A stretch of DNA of 64,000 nt, from assembly GCA_016213785.1 (NCBI GenBank), contig JACQZQ010000011.1, forward strand, positions 518-64,517. The letters run 5' to 3'. A model generated the notes under the pieces. The model searched no databases. It was not told where the DNA came from and was given only the letters and a program-made list of their open reading frames with translations. Within the stretch, counting starts at the first letter, position 1. Each line of letters opens with the position of its first letter. Position numbers and translations under genes: made by a program. This DNA comes from Acidobacteriota bacterium. Lineage in GTDB: Bacteria > Acidobacteriota > Blastocatellia > Chloracidobacteriales > JADJPF01. Shown piece after piece: positions 26,690 through 36,615 of this stretch.

Positions 26690-28608
26690 TAGATGACTAA
26701 GCTACGAAAAACAAACAATCGACCATAAACCTTTCCGCTTTCATCTTTTACAGGGGAGCTATAACGTTTAATTTTAGTGGAGCCTCGTTTTTCAACTCTA
26801 ACTTTAACATCATCTTCAGCAACTAGTTCAGAGTTATTTACTAACTCAACAAATCTTTGTAGTTGTTGTTCAGGATTTTCATATAAGTGTTGGATTTTCT
26901 TTAGTAAAGCACGAAACCCAAAACCAACTACTGCATCACTTTGAATTTTATGGAAATTAAGAAATGTTTCATTTACGGCTGTCACCCAACCAGCAGTATC
27001 CATTATTAAAATACCATCGCTAGCTACATCTAGAACATTTTGGAAAATCTCTTGACGTGTTTTTGCTAGAGTTTCCATCTCCATTTGTAATTGTAAGCTA
27101 TTTGCTTCATTAACAGCGCTTTCATATCTAAGCGTGTCCATCTGCTTAGCTCTTTCAATACGAGGTTTTATACGTAGCAAGAGTTCTTTTTCATCTACAG
27201 GCATAACTAAATATTCATCTGCCCCATTTTCTAAACCTTCGATGATATGTTTTTTTAGAGTATATTCTAATGAGGTTAAGATAATAGGGATATTACGAAA
27301 GCGGGGATTAGCCCTAAGAGTAATACATACACCCATACCTGTAATCTTAGGCAGTTCAACCATAGCAATAATTAGACGTGGCTGTTCAGTGATTGCTTTT
27401 GCTAGACCTTCTTCACCATCTATAGCTGTAATTACTTCATAATAAGGTTTTAGCATAAACTCTAGAGATAGCAAACTCTCATGATTTGCACAAAGTATTA
27501 AAACACGTTCTCTTGTTCCAGTGTTTGGAATAAAAGCAGGAATTGGGGCTGGAACTGTAGTTTCAGCCAGTATGGTTTCTTGAGCGGTTTGAGCAGTTTG
27601 AGCAGTTTGAGCAGTTTGAGCAACCTGACCATAGGAAGGGGCAGGTGGTGGTTCAGGTTCTTGTAATCCTGGAAGAGGTGGTAATTTTGAGGTAGGGGTA
27701 AGATAAGAATAAGTACGATTACCAAATTCTACTTCTGAAGTAACGATCCCAGATTCTATAGGCTCGGTTTCAGCAAATTCTCTACTATACTCTAAAGCTG
27801 CAAGGATTAAAGTAATATTGTCTTTTCCTCCATGAGCATTGGCAGCGTCTAATAAACTCCTACAACCTACTTCAATATCTTGAGAGTTAAGAATTAAGTC
27901 TTGCAATAGTTCATCTTTTAGCATTCCAGATAAACCATCTGAACATACTAAAAGCCAATCTCCATCATAAAGATCAATGGTTGAAGTAACAGGATAAACG
28001 GTGGGTTCTGCACCAAGAGATTGTAAAATAACATGGCGATAGGGGTGAGTTTCGGCTTCTTCAGGCTGTATAATTCCTGAGTCAATAAGGGTTTGCACCA
28101 TAGATTGATCTTTAGTTAACCTAAAAATACGTTCATTACGAACTACATAAGCACGAGAATCGCCAACTTGAACTATATGAGCACGGTTATTTTCTACAAG
28201 TAAGGCTGTTAGAGTTGCTCCCATACCTTGTTCTTGCGTATTGCGCTGTGCTCTTGACCAAATAGCCCAATTAGCTTTTTTAGTAATTTCTGCTAATACT
28301 TCTGCTCCAATTTGTTTATATTCACGGTTAAGTAGTTCATTTTGAAATACTTCTACAGCAATTTGGCTGGCTACTTCACCAGCATTGCGTCCCCCCATTC
28401 CATCACTAACTAATAGCAGTGTACCTTTATCACTAATAGCAAACTTTGAGTATTGTGATTCTCCAGGGACATACTTAATATTTAGATCTGCAATAAGAAA
28501 ATTATCTTCGTTGTTTTGTCGAACGCGTCCTATATCGGTCAGACCTACAACTTCAACTATGTTACCTCCAGGCGAGCTATTGACCTGGTTTTCAGCCCAT
28601 TCAGCCAT
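26689..28608 (-). CDS. PP2C-family Ser/Thr phosphatase fused to a degenerate receiver domain and a PAS domain
   Basis: PP2C motifs RQNNEDNF, VSDGMGG, CSDGL, GGKDNIT. The REC-like fold lacks the acceptor Asp (IIAMVELP) and the conserved Lys (YLVMP). The C-terminal region is PAS-like. Confidence 0.85.
   Translation of the reverse strand: MAEWAENQVNSSPGGNIVEVVGLTDIGRVRQNNEDNFLIADLNIKYVPGESQYSKFAISDKGTLLLVSDGMGGRNAGEVASQIAVEVFQNELLNREYKQIGAEVLAEITKKANWAIWSRAQRNTQEQGMGATLTALLVENNRAHIVQVGDSRAYVVRNERIFRLTKDQSMVQTLIDSGIIQPEEAETHPYRHVILQSLGAEPTVYPVTSTIDLYDGDWLLVCSDGLSGMLKDELLQDLILNSQDIEVGCRSLLDAANAHGGKDNITLILAALEYSREFAETEPIESGIVTSEVEFGNRTYSYLTPTSKLPPLPGLQEPEPPPAPSYGQVAQTAQTAQTAQTAQETILAETTVPAPIPAFIPNTGTRERVLILCANHESLLSLEFMLKPYYEVITAIDGEEGLAKAITEQPRLIIAMVELPKITGMGVCITLRANPRFRNIPIILTSLEYTLKKHIIEGLENGADEYLVMPVDEKELLLRIKPRIERAKQMDTLRYESAVNEANSLQLQMEMETLAKTRQEIFQNVLDVASDGILIMDTAGWVTAVNETFLNFHKIQSDAVVGFGFRALLKKIQHLYENPEQQLQRFVELVNNSELVAEDDVKVRVEKRGSTKIKRYSSPVKDESGKVYGRLFVFRSLVI
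27581..27622 (-). repeat. 9-bp tandem repeat (4.6 copies) encoding (QTA)n in the PP2C-REC linker
   Basis: tgagcggtt tgagcagtt tgagcagtt tgagcagtt tgagca, in frame, giving AQTAQTAQTAQTAQ. Confidence 0.9.
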
Positions 28609-28954
28609 ACGTTATCCTGTAATTTTTTTAGACTGTACTACATCAAGACATCAAGACCGTTAAAATATTAAAATATTTGATTAAAAATAATGGCAATATT
28701 TTTATCACAAAAATAGCTTTTTCGCTTATAAAAATTAAATTTTTGTTAAATCTCTAACTTTTGTTTTATGAAAGGTTTTTAGGATGAAGATTTTATTTAT
28801 TTATTTTATATTAGCTAACTGATTTTGGCTAAAGTTAGCCCATCTTATCTACAAAGTCTACTTACATTTGCTCCAAATACCATAATTAAAATAAAATCCA
28901 AAATTCTATAATATTTTATAATTTTTAAGAAATTTTCTATCTTAGGAGAAAATA

Positions 28955-30892
28955 TTGAATTTACTTAGTCTTAATCAAGTTAGTAAAACTTATGACTTAA
29001 AGCCTGTTCTACAATCTATAACTTTAGCTGTTGATAGTAATGAGCGAGTAGGAATAATAGGCGCAAATGGTTCTGGAAAAACAACTTTATTTAAAATAAT
29101 CTCTGGAGAAATTACCCCAGATAATGGGACTGTTGCCCTACGTAAAAATATAGGGCTTGGGTTACTTGCTCAAGAGCCAAGACTTGACTTAAATCTAACA
29201 ATTAATCAAACGCTTGATAGTAGTTTAATAGCTATTCAAACTATAATAACTGAGTATCAAAATATCACACAGCGTTTAGCTAATTGCCAAGACCAAAAAG
29301 AGTTAGAAGCTCTTGAGCCAGAACATGAGTTAATAGAACAACGCCTTGAACAATTAGGAGGCTGGCAATATCAACATAGAATAGACACAATTCTTGGTTA
29401 TCTTGGTCTAAAAAGAGATGATAGGGCAATAAAGAACTTAAGTGGCGGAGAGCGTAAACGTGTAGCCTTAGCTTGTGCTTTAATACAAAACCCTGAATTA
29501 TTAATTCTAGATGAGCCGACTAACCATCTAGACGCTTATACTATTTCTTGGCTAGAACAATATTTAGACACTTATCAAGGCGCATTACTCTTAATAACAC
29601 ATGATCGTTATTTTTTGGATAATGTAGTTGATAGAATGGTTGAAATATCTAGAGGAAAAGCTACTAGCTATTTAGGTGGTTACTCAGATTATTTAATTGA
29701 ACGCACGGAAAGACAAGAAACCGAAGCTAAAACACATAATAAACTACTAAATTTATTGAAACGAGAGGAAGAATGGCTACGTCAAGGAGTTCGTGCTAGA
29801 GGAACTAAATCAAAATACCGGGTTCAAAATGTTTTTGAATTACGCGAAAAAGCACGCCAAGAGGCTGAATATCAACTACATAGCCGATTATCCAGTAATA
29901 AACGCTTAGGTAATACCATATTAGAGACTACTAAACTTACTAAACATTATCAAAATCAAGTTTTAGTAAAAGACCTTGATTTTATAATGGTAAAAGGTGA
30001 TAGAGTTGCTTTAGTTGGGCCAAATGGGTGTGGAAAAACTACGCTACTTCGTACCTTAATTGGGCTAGAACCCGCTACATCAGGGGTAATAACAAAAGGA
30101 AAAAATACAGAAATTGCTTATTTTGCTCAAGACCGCTTAGATTTGGATGGAGAAGTAACAGTTTGGCAATACTTAGCTGAAAATGCAGAAATGATTAAAG
30201 TAGGCTCAGAATTTCGCAATGTCCGTTCCTACTTAAATGATTTTAAGTTTGATAATTCAAAACTACTTAGTAAACTCCATACACTTAGCGGGGGAGAAAA
30301 AAACCGCTTAGTCTTAGCTAAATTACTACTAGCAAATACTAATTTACTTGTTTTAGATGAGCCTACTAATGACCTAGATATTGAAACACTTCAATGGCTA
30401 GAAGCCTCTTTAATAGATTTTCCTGGCTGTGTTTTATTTGTCTCACACGATCGTTTCTTTTTAGATAAAGTTGCTAGCTCAATACTAGTTTTTGAAGGTA
30501 ATGGAAAAGTGACCCGTTATGCTGGTAACTATAGTTTATACAAACAGTTATCATCAGATAAATCATCAGATAAATCATCAAGTGAATCTGTAGAGAAAAA
30601 AGTAGCAACTAATATATCTTCAAAAGAAACTGAAAAGAAAAATTCTCGCACAGGGCTTTCTTATAAAGAAAAACAAGAATTAAAAGAAATTGAGTTGCAA
30701 CTAGAGGTTTTAGAAAAAGAAATTAGTACTCTAGAAAACCAACTTAGTGATCCAATTAGTCACGGCTTAAGTAATAATTATGAACAATTTACTGAGTTAA
30801 GTAAAAAGCTAGAAAGCACTAAAGAATCGCTTGATACGCTTTACCTAAGATGGTTAGAATTAGAAGAAAAAAAAGCTGCAACTGAATCATAA
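28955..30892 (+). CDS. ABC-F family ATPase (Uup/YheS-like; no transmembrane domain)
   Basis: Two Walker A sites (GANGSGKTT, GPNGCGKTT) and two signatures (LSGGER, LSGGEK). Coiled-coil C-terminus. TTG start lies 6 nt after aggag. Confidence 0.9.
   Translation: MNLLSLNQVSKTYDLKPVLQSITLAVDSNERVGIIGANGSGKTTLFKIISGEITPDNGTVALRKNIGLGLLAQEPRLDLNLTINQTLDSSLIAIQTIITEYQNITQRLANCQDQKELEALEPEHELIEQRLEQLGGWQYQHRIDTILGYLGLKRDDRAIKNLSGGERKRVALACALIQNPELLILDEPTNHLDAYTISWLEQYLDTYQGALLLITHDRYFLDNVVDRMVEISRGKATSYLGGYSDYLIERTERQETEAKTHNKLLNLLKREEEWLRQGVRARGTKSKYRVQNVFELREKARQEAEYQLHSRLSSNKRLGNTILETTKLTKHYQNQVLVKDLDFIMVKGDRVALVGPNGCGKTTLLRTLIGLEPATSGVITKGKNTEIAYFAQDRLDLDGEVTVWQYLAENAEMIKVGSEFRNVRSYLNDFKFDNSKLLSKLHTLSGGEKNRLVLAKLLLANTNLLVLDEPTNDLDIETLQWLEASLIDFPGCVLFVSHDRFFLDKVASSILVFEGNGKVTRYAGNYSLYKQLSSDKSSDKSSSESVEKKVATNISSKETEKKNSRTGLSYKEKQELKEIELQLEVLEKEISTLENQLSDPISHGLSNNYEQFTELSKKLESTKESLDTLYLRWLELEEKKAATES
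30551..30580 (+). repeat. 12-bp tandem repeat (2.5 copies) encoding SSDKSSDKSS
   Basis: tcatcagataaa tcatcagataaa tcatca, within the ABC-F C-terminal linker. Confidence 0.85.
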
Positions 30893-30902
30893 AAAAACTG
30901 TT

Positions 30903-31382
30903 ATGGGAAGAATACAAGTCAAATCAGAATTTTTGCCTACACGTTGTGAGATTTGCCATCAATCTGACTGGTTTGATGCAACAAATGGTTTTTGCCATCG
31001 CTGTGACAGTAACTCAGTAGTAAAAGATTTAAAAAATCTAGTTCCAATTCCACCTCCACCTCAAATAACAAATACAGCAGAAAGACAATTAATGCCATTT
31101 AGCTTATTTTTAGCTGTAGTTGGAACTTTTTTAATTAGCTTTTTATCACTAGCTTTTATTAGTGATATATTGACCGCTAATTTTTTTGAACAATATGTTA
31201 TTGGTCGATTATTCTGGTTAATACTAGCAAGTACTTACTTAGTGTTTGCTTGGTTATCACTTTTAACGATAGGTAAAAAGACTGTACCTAATGAACTACT
31301 TATCATATTCTTGTGTTTTATATTTGGTATTTTTATTATATTGACTTGGGTAGCTATCAATTCTACTCCACCTTCAGATTAA
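30903..31382 (+). CDS. membrane protein with N-terminal CxxC...CxxC zinc-ribbon-like motif
   Basis: CEIC...CHRC, then PIPPPPQ, then 3 hydrophobic helices. It starts 10 nt after the ABC-F stop. Confidence 0.5.
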   Translation: MGRIQVKSEFLPTRCEICHQSDWFDATNGFCHRCDSNSVVKDLKNLVPIPPPPQITNTAERQLMPFSLFLAVVGTFLISFLSLAFISDILTANFFEQYVIGRLFWLILASTYLVFAWLSLLTIGKKTVPNELLIIFLCFIFGIFIILTWVAINSTPPSD

Positions 31383-31385
31383 AAA

Positions 31386-32303
31386 ATGTCTAATAACTTA
31401 ATTCTAGAATCAAATACAGAAGCAAATAAATCTTATGCATATTTATTTGCTTATTTAGCGGTAATTTTTGCTACTTTAGCATTTGCAGGTGAGTCTATAT
31501 CTTTACGACTTTCAGCAAAAGCTAATCTCTCAACAGGCTTAATAGCTTTTGCTCAATGCACTATGGCAGCAATAGTTCAAGTATTTTTTGGGGCTAGATT
31601 TTCTTTAATTAATTGGGGAAAGTGGTGGCCTGCTATTTTACTTTCAGGTTTAAGCGGTTTATCTCTTTATTTAACTATTCGTCTTGCCCCTGTAGCGCTT
31701 GTAGGGTTAATAGAGCCTCTTTCACTTCTCCCCTTAATGCTTGCACATCGTTTTATTCAAGGCCGTAGTTTATCGCCAAAATCAGCCCTCTCTTTATTAA
31801 TACTGATTATAGCTAGTTGTGCAACCGTTGGGCAGTGGCCGGAAAAAGTTAGCCTTTTAGCTATTTTAATTAGTTGTGTAGGTATAGCTTGCACAGGTCT
31901 TGCCCTAGTTGCAGGTGAAGTAGTCCCTAAAGAAGGTATTCCATCTTTTGTTTTAGCAATGCAACTTGTTTTAACAATACTTTCTTTAATAATGTTCCTA
32001 GTTTTAGGAAATTCAAATCTTGGTGGAGCATCCACTAACTGGGGCGCTAGTCTAGCTATAGGTGCAACTATTGGGCTTTTTGTAGGCTTAGCCGTTAGCG
32101 CACTTTACTACGGCATTCAACATATGGGAGCTTTTCGCGCAGGTATAGTTAAAATGGTTAGACTCCCTATAGTAGCATTACTTGGCTATGTTTTTATTAA
32201 CGAGAAAATTAGTCTAACAAGCGGGATTACATTAGTTATTGTAGTAATATTTGCTATCTTAACAGTAAGTTTTAGTAGCAATAAACCTATAGCAATGGAT
32301 TAA
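31386..32303 (+). CDS. DMT-superfamily (EamA-like) transporter
   Basis: About 10 hydrophobic helices in two halves. Size and pattern fit EamA. No sharper motif. Confidence 0.7.
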   Translation: MSNNLILESNTEANKSYAYLFAYLAVIFATLAFAGESISLRLSAKANLSTGLIAFAQCTMAAIVQVFFGARFSLINWGKWWPAILLSGLSGLSLYLTIRLAPVALVGLIEPLSLLPLMLAHRFIQGRSLSPKSALSLLILIIASCATVGQWPEKVSLLAILISCVGIACTGLALVAGEVVPKEGIPSFVLAMQLVLTILSLIMFLVLGNSNLGGASTNWGASLAIGATIGLFVGLAVSALYYGIQHMGAFRAGIVKMVRLPIVALLGYVFINEKISLTSGITLVIVVIFAILTVSFSSNKPIAMD

Positions 32304-32601
32304 AACAGTAATTCTTGGTTTAGAAGAGCCAAGGGTTAAATCTTATTAAGATTATTAAAACAATTAAACTTATTTAAGTTAATAAATAACTATAAGTTAG
32401 AATAGGTAAATTTAACTAGCACTTTTGTTTGCTCTCTTGGCTTGACTCTTAGAGCCTAGCTATTACTATAAGGAAACAGTTTTTTAAGACTAGCAAACGA
32501 TCCTAATTAATAGGGCATCCGATAGCTAAATCACCGCTATAACTTTAACAAATAAATAACAGTAATTATTAATAATATTAACTTTAAGGAGAAAAATTAC
32601 T

Positions 32602-34239
32602 ATGAGACTAAAAGCAGGACACACAAAACTATCTGCACTAGTTGCAATAGTTGGGTTGCTTTTAACATTTAGTGGTTACATTTCAGCAAATAGTCGCGGC
32701 CCAGAAGTTAAAGCAGGCACAATACTTAAGCTATCTATGGATACCTATTTAACTTCACGTACTGCTGAACTTGGTGATCCTTTTACAGCAACAGTCTTTG
32801 AAGATGTGCGTATTGGCAATGAGATAGCCATTCCAAAAGGTACAAAAATTGAAGGAAAAGTATCTTCTGTTAAACCTGCTGAGCGCAAAAGCAAATCAGG
32901 AACCTTAGGAATTGATTTTGATAGAATACGTTTAGCTAATGGTCAAGCCATTAACATCGAAGGCCAATTAACTAGCCTAGATGCAGCAGAAAAAAGACAA
33001 ATTGATGAAGAAGGAAGGGTTGCAGGCGGTTCTTCTTCTAAAAGAAATGTAGTCTTTATTGGTGGTGGTGCTGCTGGTGGTGCTGCAATAGGTGCTATTG
33101 CAGGCGGTGGTTCTGGTGCTGCAATAGGTGCAGGTGTTGGTGCAGCCGCAGGTATTTTAGGCTCTATTTTCTCCAAAGGCGAAGAAGCCCAAGTTATGAG
33201 CGGTCAAAAATTTGGTATGGAACTGCTTAGGACTGTACTTCTTCCAGATCCTTATAATAATGCTTCTAATGACCGTGACCGCTTTGATGATCGTGATAGA
33301 AATAATTCTCGCGATGATGATAGACCAACACAAACTCCTTCTCGCGCTAATATTCGAGGTGCTGACTTAAAATCTACTGCACTACTTAAACGTGCTCAAA
33401 AGTCTTTACTGGACTTAAATTATTACAAAGGCCCATTAAATGGAATCAATGGCCCTAGCACTCGTACAGCCGTTAGAGCTTTTCAACGTGACTATGATTT
33501 AGAACAAACTGGAGATTTAGACCTAGATACAGCTTACCAATTAGGTTTAGTTAATGAGGATGGAATTGAGATTTTACCGGTACGTATTCTAAATGCTACG
33601 GCTGATAAACAAAGAGACTCTATTAGAGTAAAAGCAAATGCAGAAGCAAATAGTGGTGGTTGGCAAATCTATACAAGTACTCAAGTTGATGGCGACCAAC
33701 TACATGTTTATGTAACAGGTGCTCCTCCTTTTGGTGGCTCTACTCAAGCTCTAACCCGCTATCCTGTAGATGTTCCTCCAGTTCGTGATGATGGTTTTAT
33801 TACTAAGGTTGTTGTTCATGGTGATGGTAATCCAGTTACAATTTCTTTAGCTACTCCTAGTCTAGAAATATCTCGCAGTATTAAACAACAGACTACACAA
33901 CTATTTGATAGTTATAGAGAAGCAATTAGTGTTACGTCTCGTACAAGTAAGACAAATAATTTTACTCGCTTAACTGAAAATCAAGCTCTTGCTCTTTCAG
34001 CTTTAAGTAATTTAAGTAATAGTGCTAGTTTTGTTGAGCTTTTACTTACTTCAAAAGCTACCGATCCAGCAATTAAAGGCGCTCTACAAACCTTAATGCG
34101 TGAAGCCCGCCAAACTCGCCGTGCTATGGAAGATGGTCGTGAATTTAGCCGTGTTGAAAGAGCTTGGTTAGAACTAGAAAAAGACTTGCGTAAAATAGGA
34201 GATAATTACCAAGTAAATTATGAAAGAGGCAATAACTAG
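32602..34239 (+). CDS. secreted protein with Gly-zipper segment and peptidoglycan-binding (PG_binding_1) domain
   Basis: Signal peptide present. GGGAAGGAAIGAIAGGGSGAAIGAGVGAAAGILG is a glycine zipper. LKRAQKSLLDLNYYKGPLNGINGPSTRTAVRAFQRDYDLEQTGDLD is a PG-binding repeat. Confidence 0.65.
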   Translation: MRLKAGHTKLSALVAIVGLLLTFSGYISANSRGPEVKAGTILKLSMDTYLTSRTAELGDPFTATVFEDVRIGNEIAIPKGTKIEGKVSSVKPAERKSKSGTLGIDFDRIRLANGQAINIEGQLTSLDAAEKRQIDEEGRVAGGSSSKRNVVFIGGGAAGGAAIGAIAGGGSGAAIGAGVGAAAGILGSIFSKGEEAQVMSGQKFGMELLRTVLLPDPYNNASNDRDRFDDRDRNNSRDDDRPTQTPSRANIRGADLKSTALLKRAQKSLLDLNYYKGPLNGINGPSTRTAVRAFQRDYDLEQTGDLDLDTAYQLGLVNEDGIEILPVRILNATADKQRDSIRVKANAEANSGGWQIYTSTQVDGDQLHVYVTGAPPFGGSTQALTRYPVDVPPVRDDGFITKVVVHGDGNPVTISLATPSLEISRSIKQQTTQLFDSYREAISVTSRTSKTNNFTRLTENQALALSALSNLSNSASFVELLLTSKATDPAIKGALQTLMREARQTRRAMEDGREFSRVERAWLELEKDLRKIGDNYQVNYERGNN

Positions 34240-34306
34240 TTAAATTTAATTTAAGGTTAATAAGCTTTGCTTTCTAAGCTTTTATCTCTACTAAGAATTT
34301 ATTTAT

Positions 34307-34337
34307 AATAGCCCAAGTTTGTCACTTGGGCTATTTT
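34307..34337 (+). terminator. intrinsic terminator
   Basis: 12-bp stem aatagcccaagt / acttgggctatt, 5-nt loop, followed by a T run. Confidence 0.65.
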
Positions 34338-34357
34338 GATTTTAAGGGTATAAACTA

Positions 34358-34756
34358 ATGAGATCGCCAAAAGAAACAATAAAAATATGGGTAAAAGCTT
34401 TTAATGACCATGATGCTATTGCTGCTAGTGAGTGTTATCACAATGATGCAGAAAACCTACAAGTAGCCATAGGCATTCCACTTAAAGGAAAGCAAGCTAT
34501 ACTTAAAGACTTAGAAGAATTTTTTGCAGGAACCCCAGATAGTTATACAAACATAGAAAATCTGTTTGAAGATGGGCAGTGGGCAATGCTTGAATGGTCT
34601 GGTGGTGGAAATTTTGTAGCTAAAGATGGAAGCCGTAAACCTTATACTTTAAGAGGTTGTGGCTTTTTTCATATCATTGATGGAAAAATAAAATTCCAAC
34701 GCGGTTATTGGGATAAATACACTTGGTTTAGCCAAGTAGGGCTGCCTATAGAATAA
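34358..34756 (+). CDS. SnoaL-like / NTF2-fold protein
   Basis: IKIWVKAFNDHDAIA..., 132 aa, and the pattern ending in RGYWD are typical of SnoaL-like cyclase-fold proteins. Confidence 0.7.
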   Translation: MRSPKETIKIWVKAFNDHDAIAASECYHNDAENLQVAIGIPLKGKQAILKDLEEFFAGTPDSYTNIENLFEDGQWAMLEWSGGGNFVAKDGSRKPYTLRGCGFFHIIDGKIKFQRGYWDKYTWFSQVGLPIE

Positions 34757-34762
34757 ATATTT

Positions 34763-35356
34763 ATGCATATTGCTAAAATTGTTGGTTCACAGTCACATAT
34801 TGAATACCTAGCTCGTGTAATTGATAAACTAGATGTAGAAGATCCACCCCATCCTAATGATTATGGTTTAGGTCAGTTTGTTTCTATTAACTTAAGTAAT
34901 CTTATAGTTATAGGAGTAATTTATAACACAGAATTAATTAGCTCTGATTTTGCTATGATGGGTTTACGGCTTTCTTCTGAAGAAAATAATAAGCTATTTT
35001 CCCCTGATTACTTACAAGAACAGGGCATTATGATTAAAATTCTAATATTAGGCTACTTAGAAAATAATGCTGCTATACATAAAGCGCCAATCCAAGTCTT
35101 ACCTCTACAATCTCAAGTAAGACTTTTAGAAGAAGAAAAATTTTGCTCTTTTCATCAAAATAGTAAAGGAAAATTACTAATTGGCTATTATACTCAAGTG
35201 ATACGTATGGGCGGCTTAATGGGCAGTAACTTGTTAAATATCATAATAAATAAATTAGAAAATTTTGTTTCAGAAGATGAGCAAAAAAAACTGGCTCTCT
35301 TAAAACAGAATCTTAACTGGCAACAGACTTTAGGGATTTTTAATAGTCGCGGTTAA
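34763..35356 (+). CDS. hypothetical protein
   Basis: 197-aa ORF starting 6 nt after the preceding stop. No secure motif. Confidence 0.45.
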   Translation: MHIAKIVGSQSHIEYLARVIDKLDVEDPPHPNDYGLGQFVSINLSNLIVIGVIYNTELISSDFAMMGLRLSSEENNKLFSPDYLQEQGIMIKILILGYLENNAAIHKAPIQVLPLQSQVRLLEEEKFCSFHQNSKGKLLIGYYTQVIRMGGLMGSNLLNIIINKLENFVSEDEQKKLALLKQNLNWQQTLGIFNSRG

Positions 35357-35555
35357 AAAAATACTAATAGTACTAGGTAATATTAGTAGTATGTGTTAAT
35401 TAGATTTAGCCATTAAGGACTATTTTAATACTTGCCAAAGCCTTTATTCTAATATAGTATTGGGCGACTGAACGAAATTTTGTTCCTCTCACTCCCAACA
35501 TTAACTTTATCAAAATAAAGAAAATCGCTGTTAGAAGCAAATTTTAGAAACAAAA

Positions 35556-36596
35556 ATGGAAAAGTTTTCTCATAATAAAAAACCTCGTATTGGTGTTACT
35601 ATTGGCGATCCTGCCGGAGTTGGGACGGAAATAGTATTAAGAGCTATAGTCGATGAAGAGGTACTGGATTGTGCTATTCCAGTTATAATTGGAGATGCAC
35701 ATCATATATCTCACCAAGCCCGTAAATTAGACTTAATTTGTGGTTTAGATATTTATAATACTACAGAGTTATTGCCAAAGAATTTAACTAAACCCGTGCT
35801 TTACAATGTAAAAAACCTTCCTGCATCTGTAGAGATGGGTAAAGAGTCTCCTGAGTATGGACAAGCAGCCGGTGAATATGTTGAAGAGGCAGTAAAATTA
35901 ATATCTACAAACCAAATTGATGCAATGGCTAATGGGCCAATTAGCAAAAAGGCTCTACAATTAGGGGGCTATCCTTTCCCAGGACATAGCGAGTTATTAG
36001 GTCATTTAACAGGTGTTAAAGATTATGCAATGGCTTTTGTCTCTTCATCTTTAAAAGTAGTCTTACTTACTACACACCTTCCTTTAGCAAAAGCTCTTAC
36101 TTATGTAAAAAAAGACCGCATAGAAAAGACTTTACGCTTAATTGATAGAGAGTTAAGGCGTTGGGGCATAAAGAAGCCACGTATTGCAGTTGCCGCAGTA
36201 AATCCACATGGTGCAGAAGGAGGGCTTTTTGGTATTGAAGAGGCATCAGAGTTAATTCCTGCTATTGAGTCTTGCAATCTTGATCCAGAGTTCGATGTAA
36301 GAGGGCCTTTTTCTGCTGATACTGTATTTTTACGTGCTGCACATGGTGAATTTGATGTAGTACTCTCTTGCTATCACGATCAAGGAATGATCCCTGTTAA
36401 ATGTCTTTCTTTTGGCGAAGCTGTAAATGTTACTTTAGGGCTTCCTTTTATTCGTACTGCTGTAGATCACGGCACTGCTTTTGATATTGCTGGTAAAGGC
36501 CAAGCCGAACCTCGTAGCATGATTGAAGCTATAAAATTAGCTGCCCGTCTTACATTATCAAGCTCCGAAACAGAAATAGACCCAATTATACTTTGA
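35556..36596 (+). CDS. pdxA: 4-hydroxythreonine-4-phosphate dehydrogenase
   Basis: IGDPAGVGTEI, GHSELL, NPHGAEGG, DHGTAFDIAGKG motifs. Confidence 0.9.
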   Translation: MEKFSHNKKPRIGVTIGDPAGVGTEIVLRAIVDEEVLDCAIPVIIGDAHHISHQARKLDLICGLDIYNTTELLPKNLTKPVLYNVKNLPASVEMGKESPEYGQAAGEYVEEAVKLISTNQIDAMANGPISKKALQLGGYPFPGHSELLGHLTGVKDYAMAFVSSSLKVVLLTTHLPLAKALTYVKKDRIEKTLRLIDRELRRWGIKKPRIAVAAVNPHGAEGGLFGIEEASELIPAIESCNLDPEFDVRGPFSADTVFLRAAHGEFDVVLSCYHDQGMIPVKCLSFGEAVNVTLGLPFIRTAVDHGTAFDIAGKGQAEPRSMIEAIKLAARLTLSSSETEIDPIIL

Positions 36597-36615
36597 TAAA
36601 ATTTTATTAGTTTAT

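Noticed and set aside
27498-27725. A 75-aa ORF (LKLLKLLKLLKPLKK...) on the minus strand.
   Set aside because: It is an alternative frame of the PP2C gene across the 9-bp repeat, and its periodic sequence is an artefact of the repeat.
28609-28954. A 346-bp A/T-rich gap between the divergent PP2C and ABC-F genes, as a possible sRNA or riboswitch locus.
   Set aside because: It contains only short A/T hairpins (e.g. gctaact...agttagc), with no terminator-like structure or conserved motif recognisable. It most likely holds divergent promoters.
32943-33176. A 77-aa antisense ORF rich in Ala/Pro.
   Set aside because: It is the reverse complement of the GGT/GCT-rich glycine-zipper coding region of 32602..34239, a typical shadow ORF.
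34763-35356. The N-terminus (IAKIVGSQSHIEYLARVID...GQFVSI...IGVIYN) resembles a HerA-type HAS-barrel.
   Set aside because: The resemblance is too weak to support by eye, and no ATPase or nuclease partner is adjacent. I left it as hypothetical.
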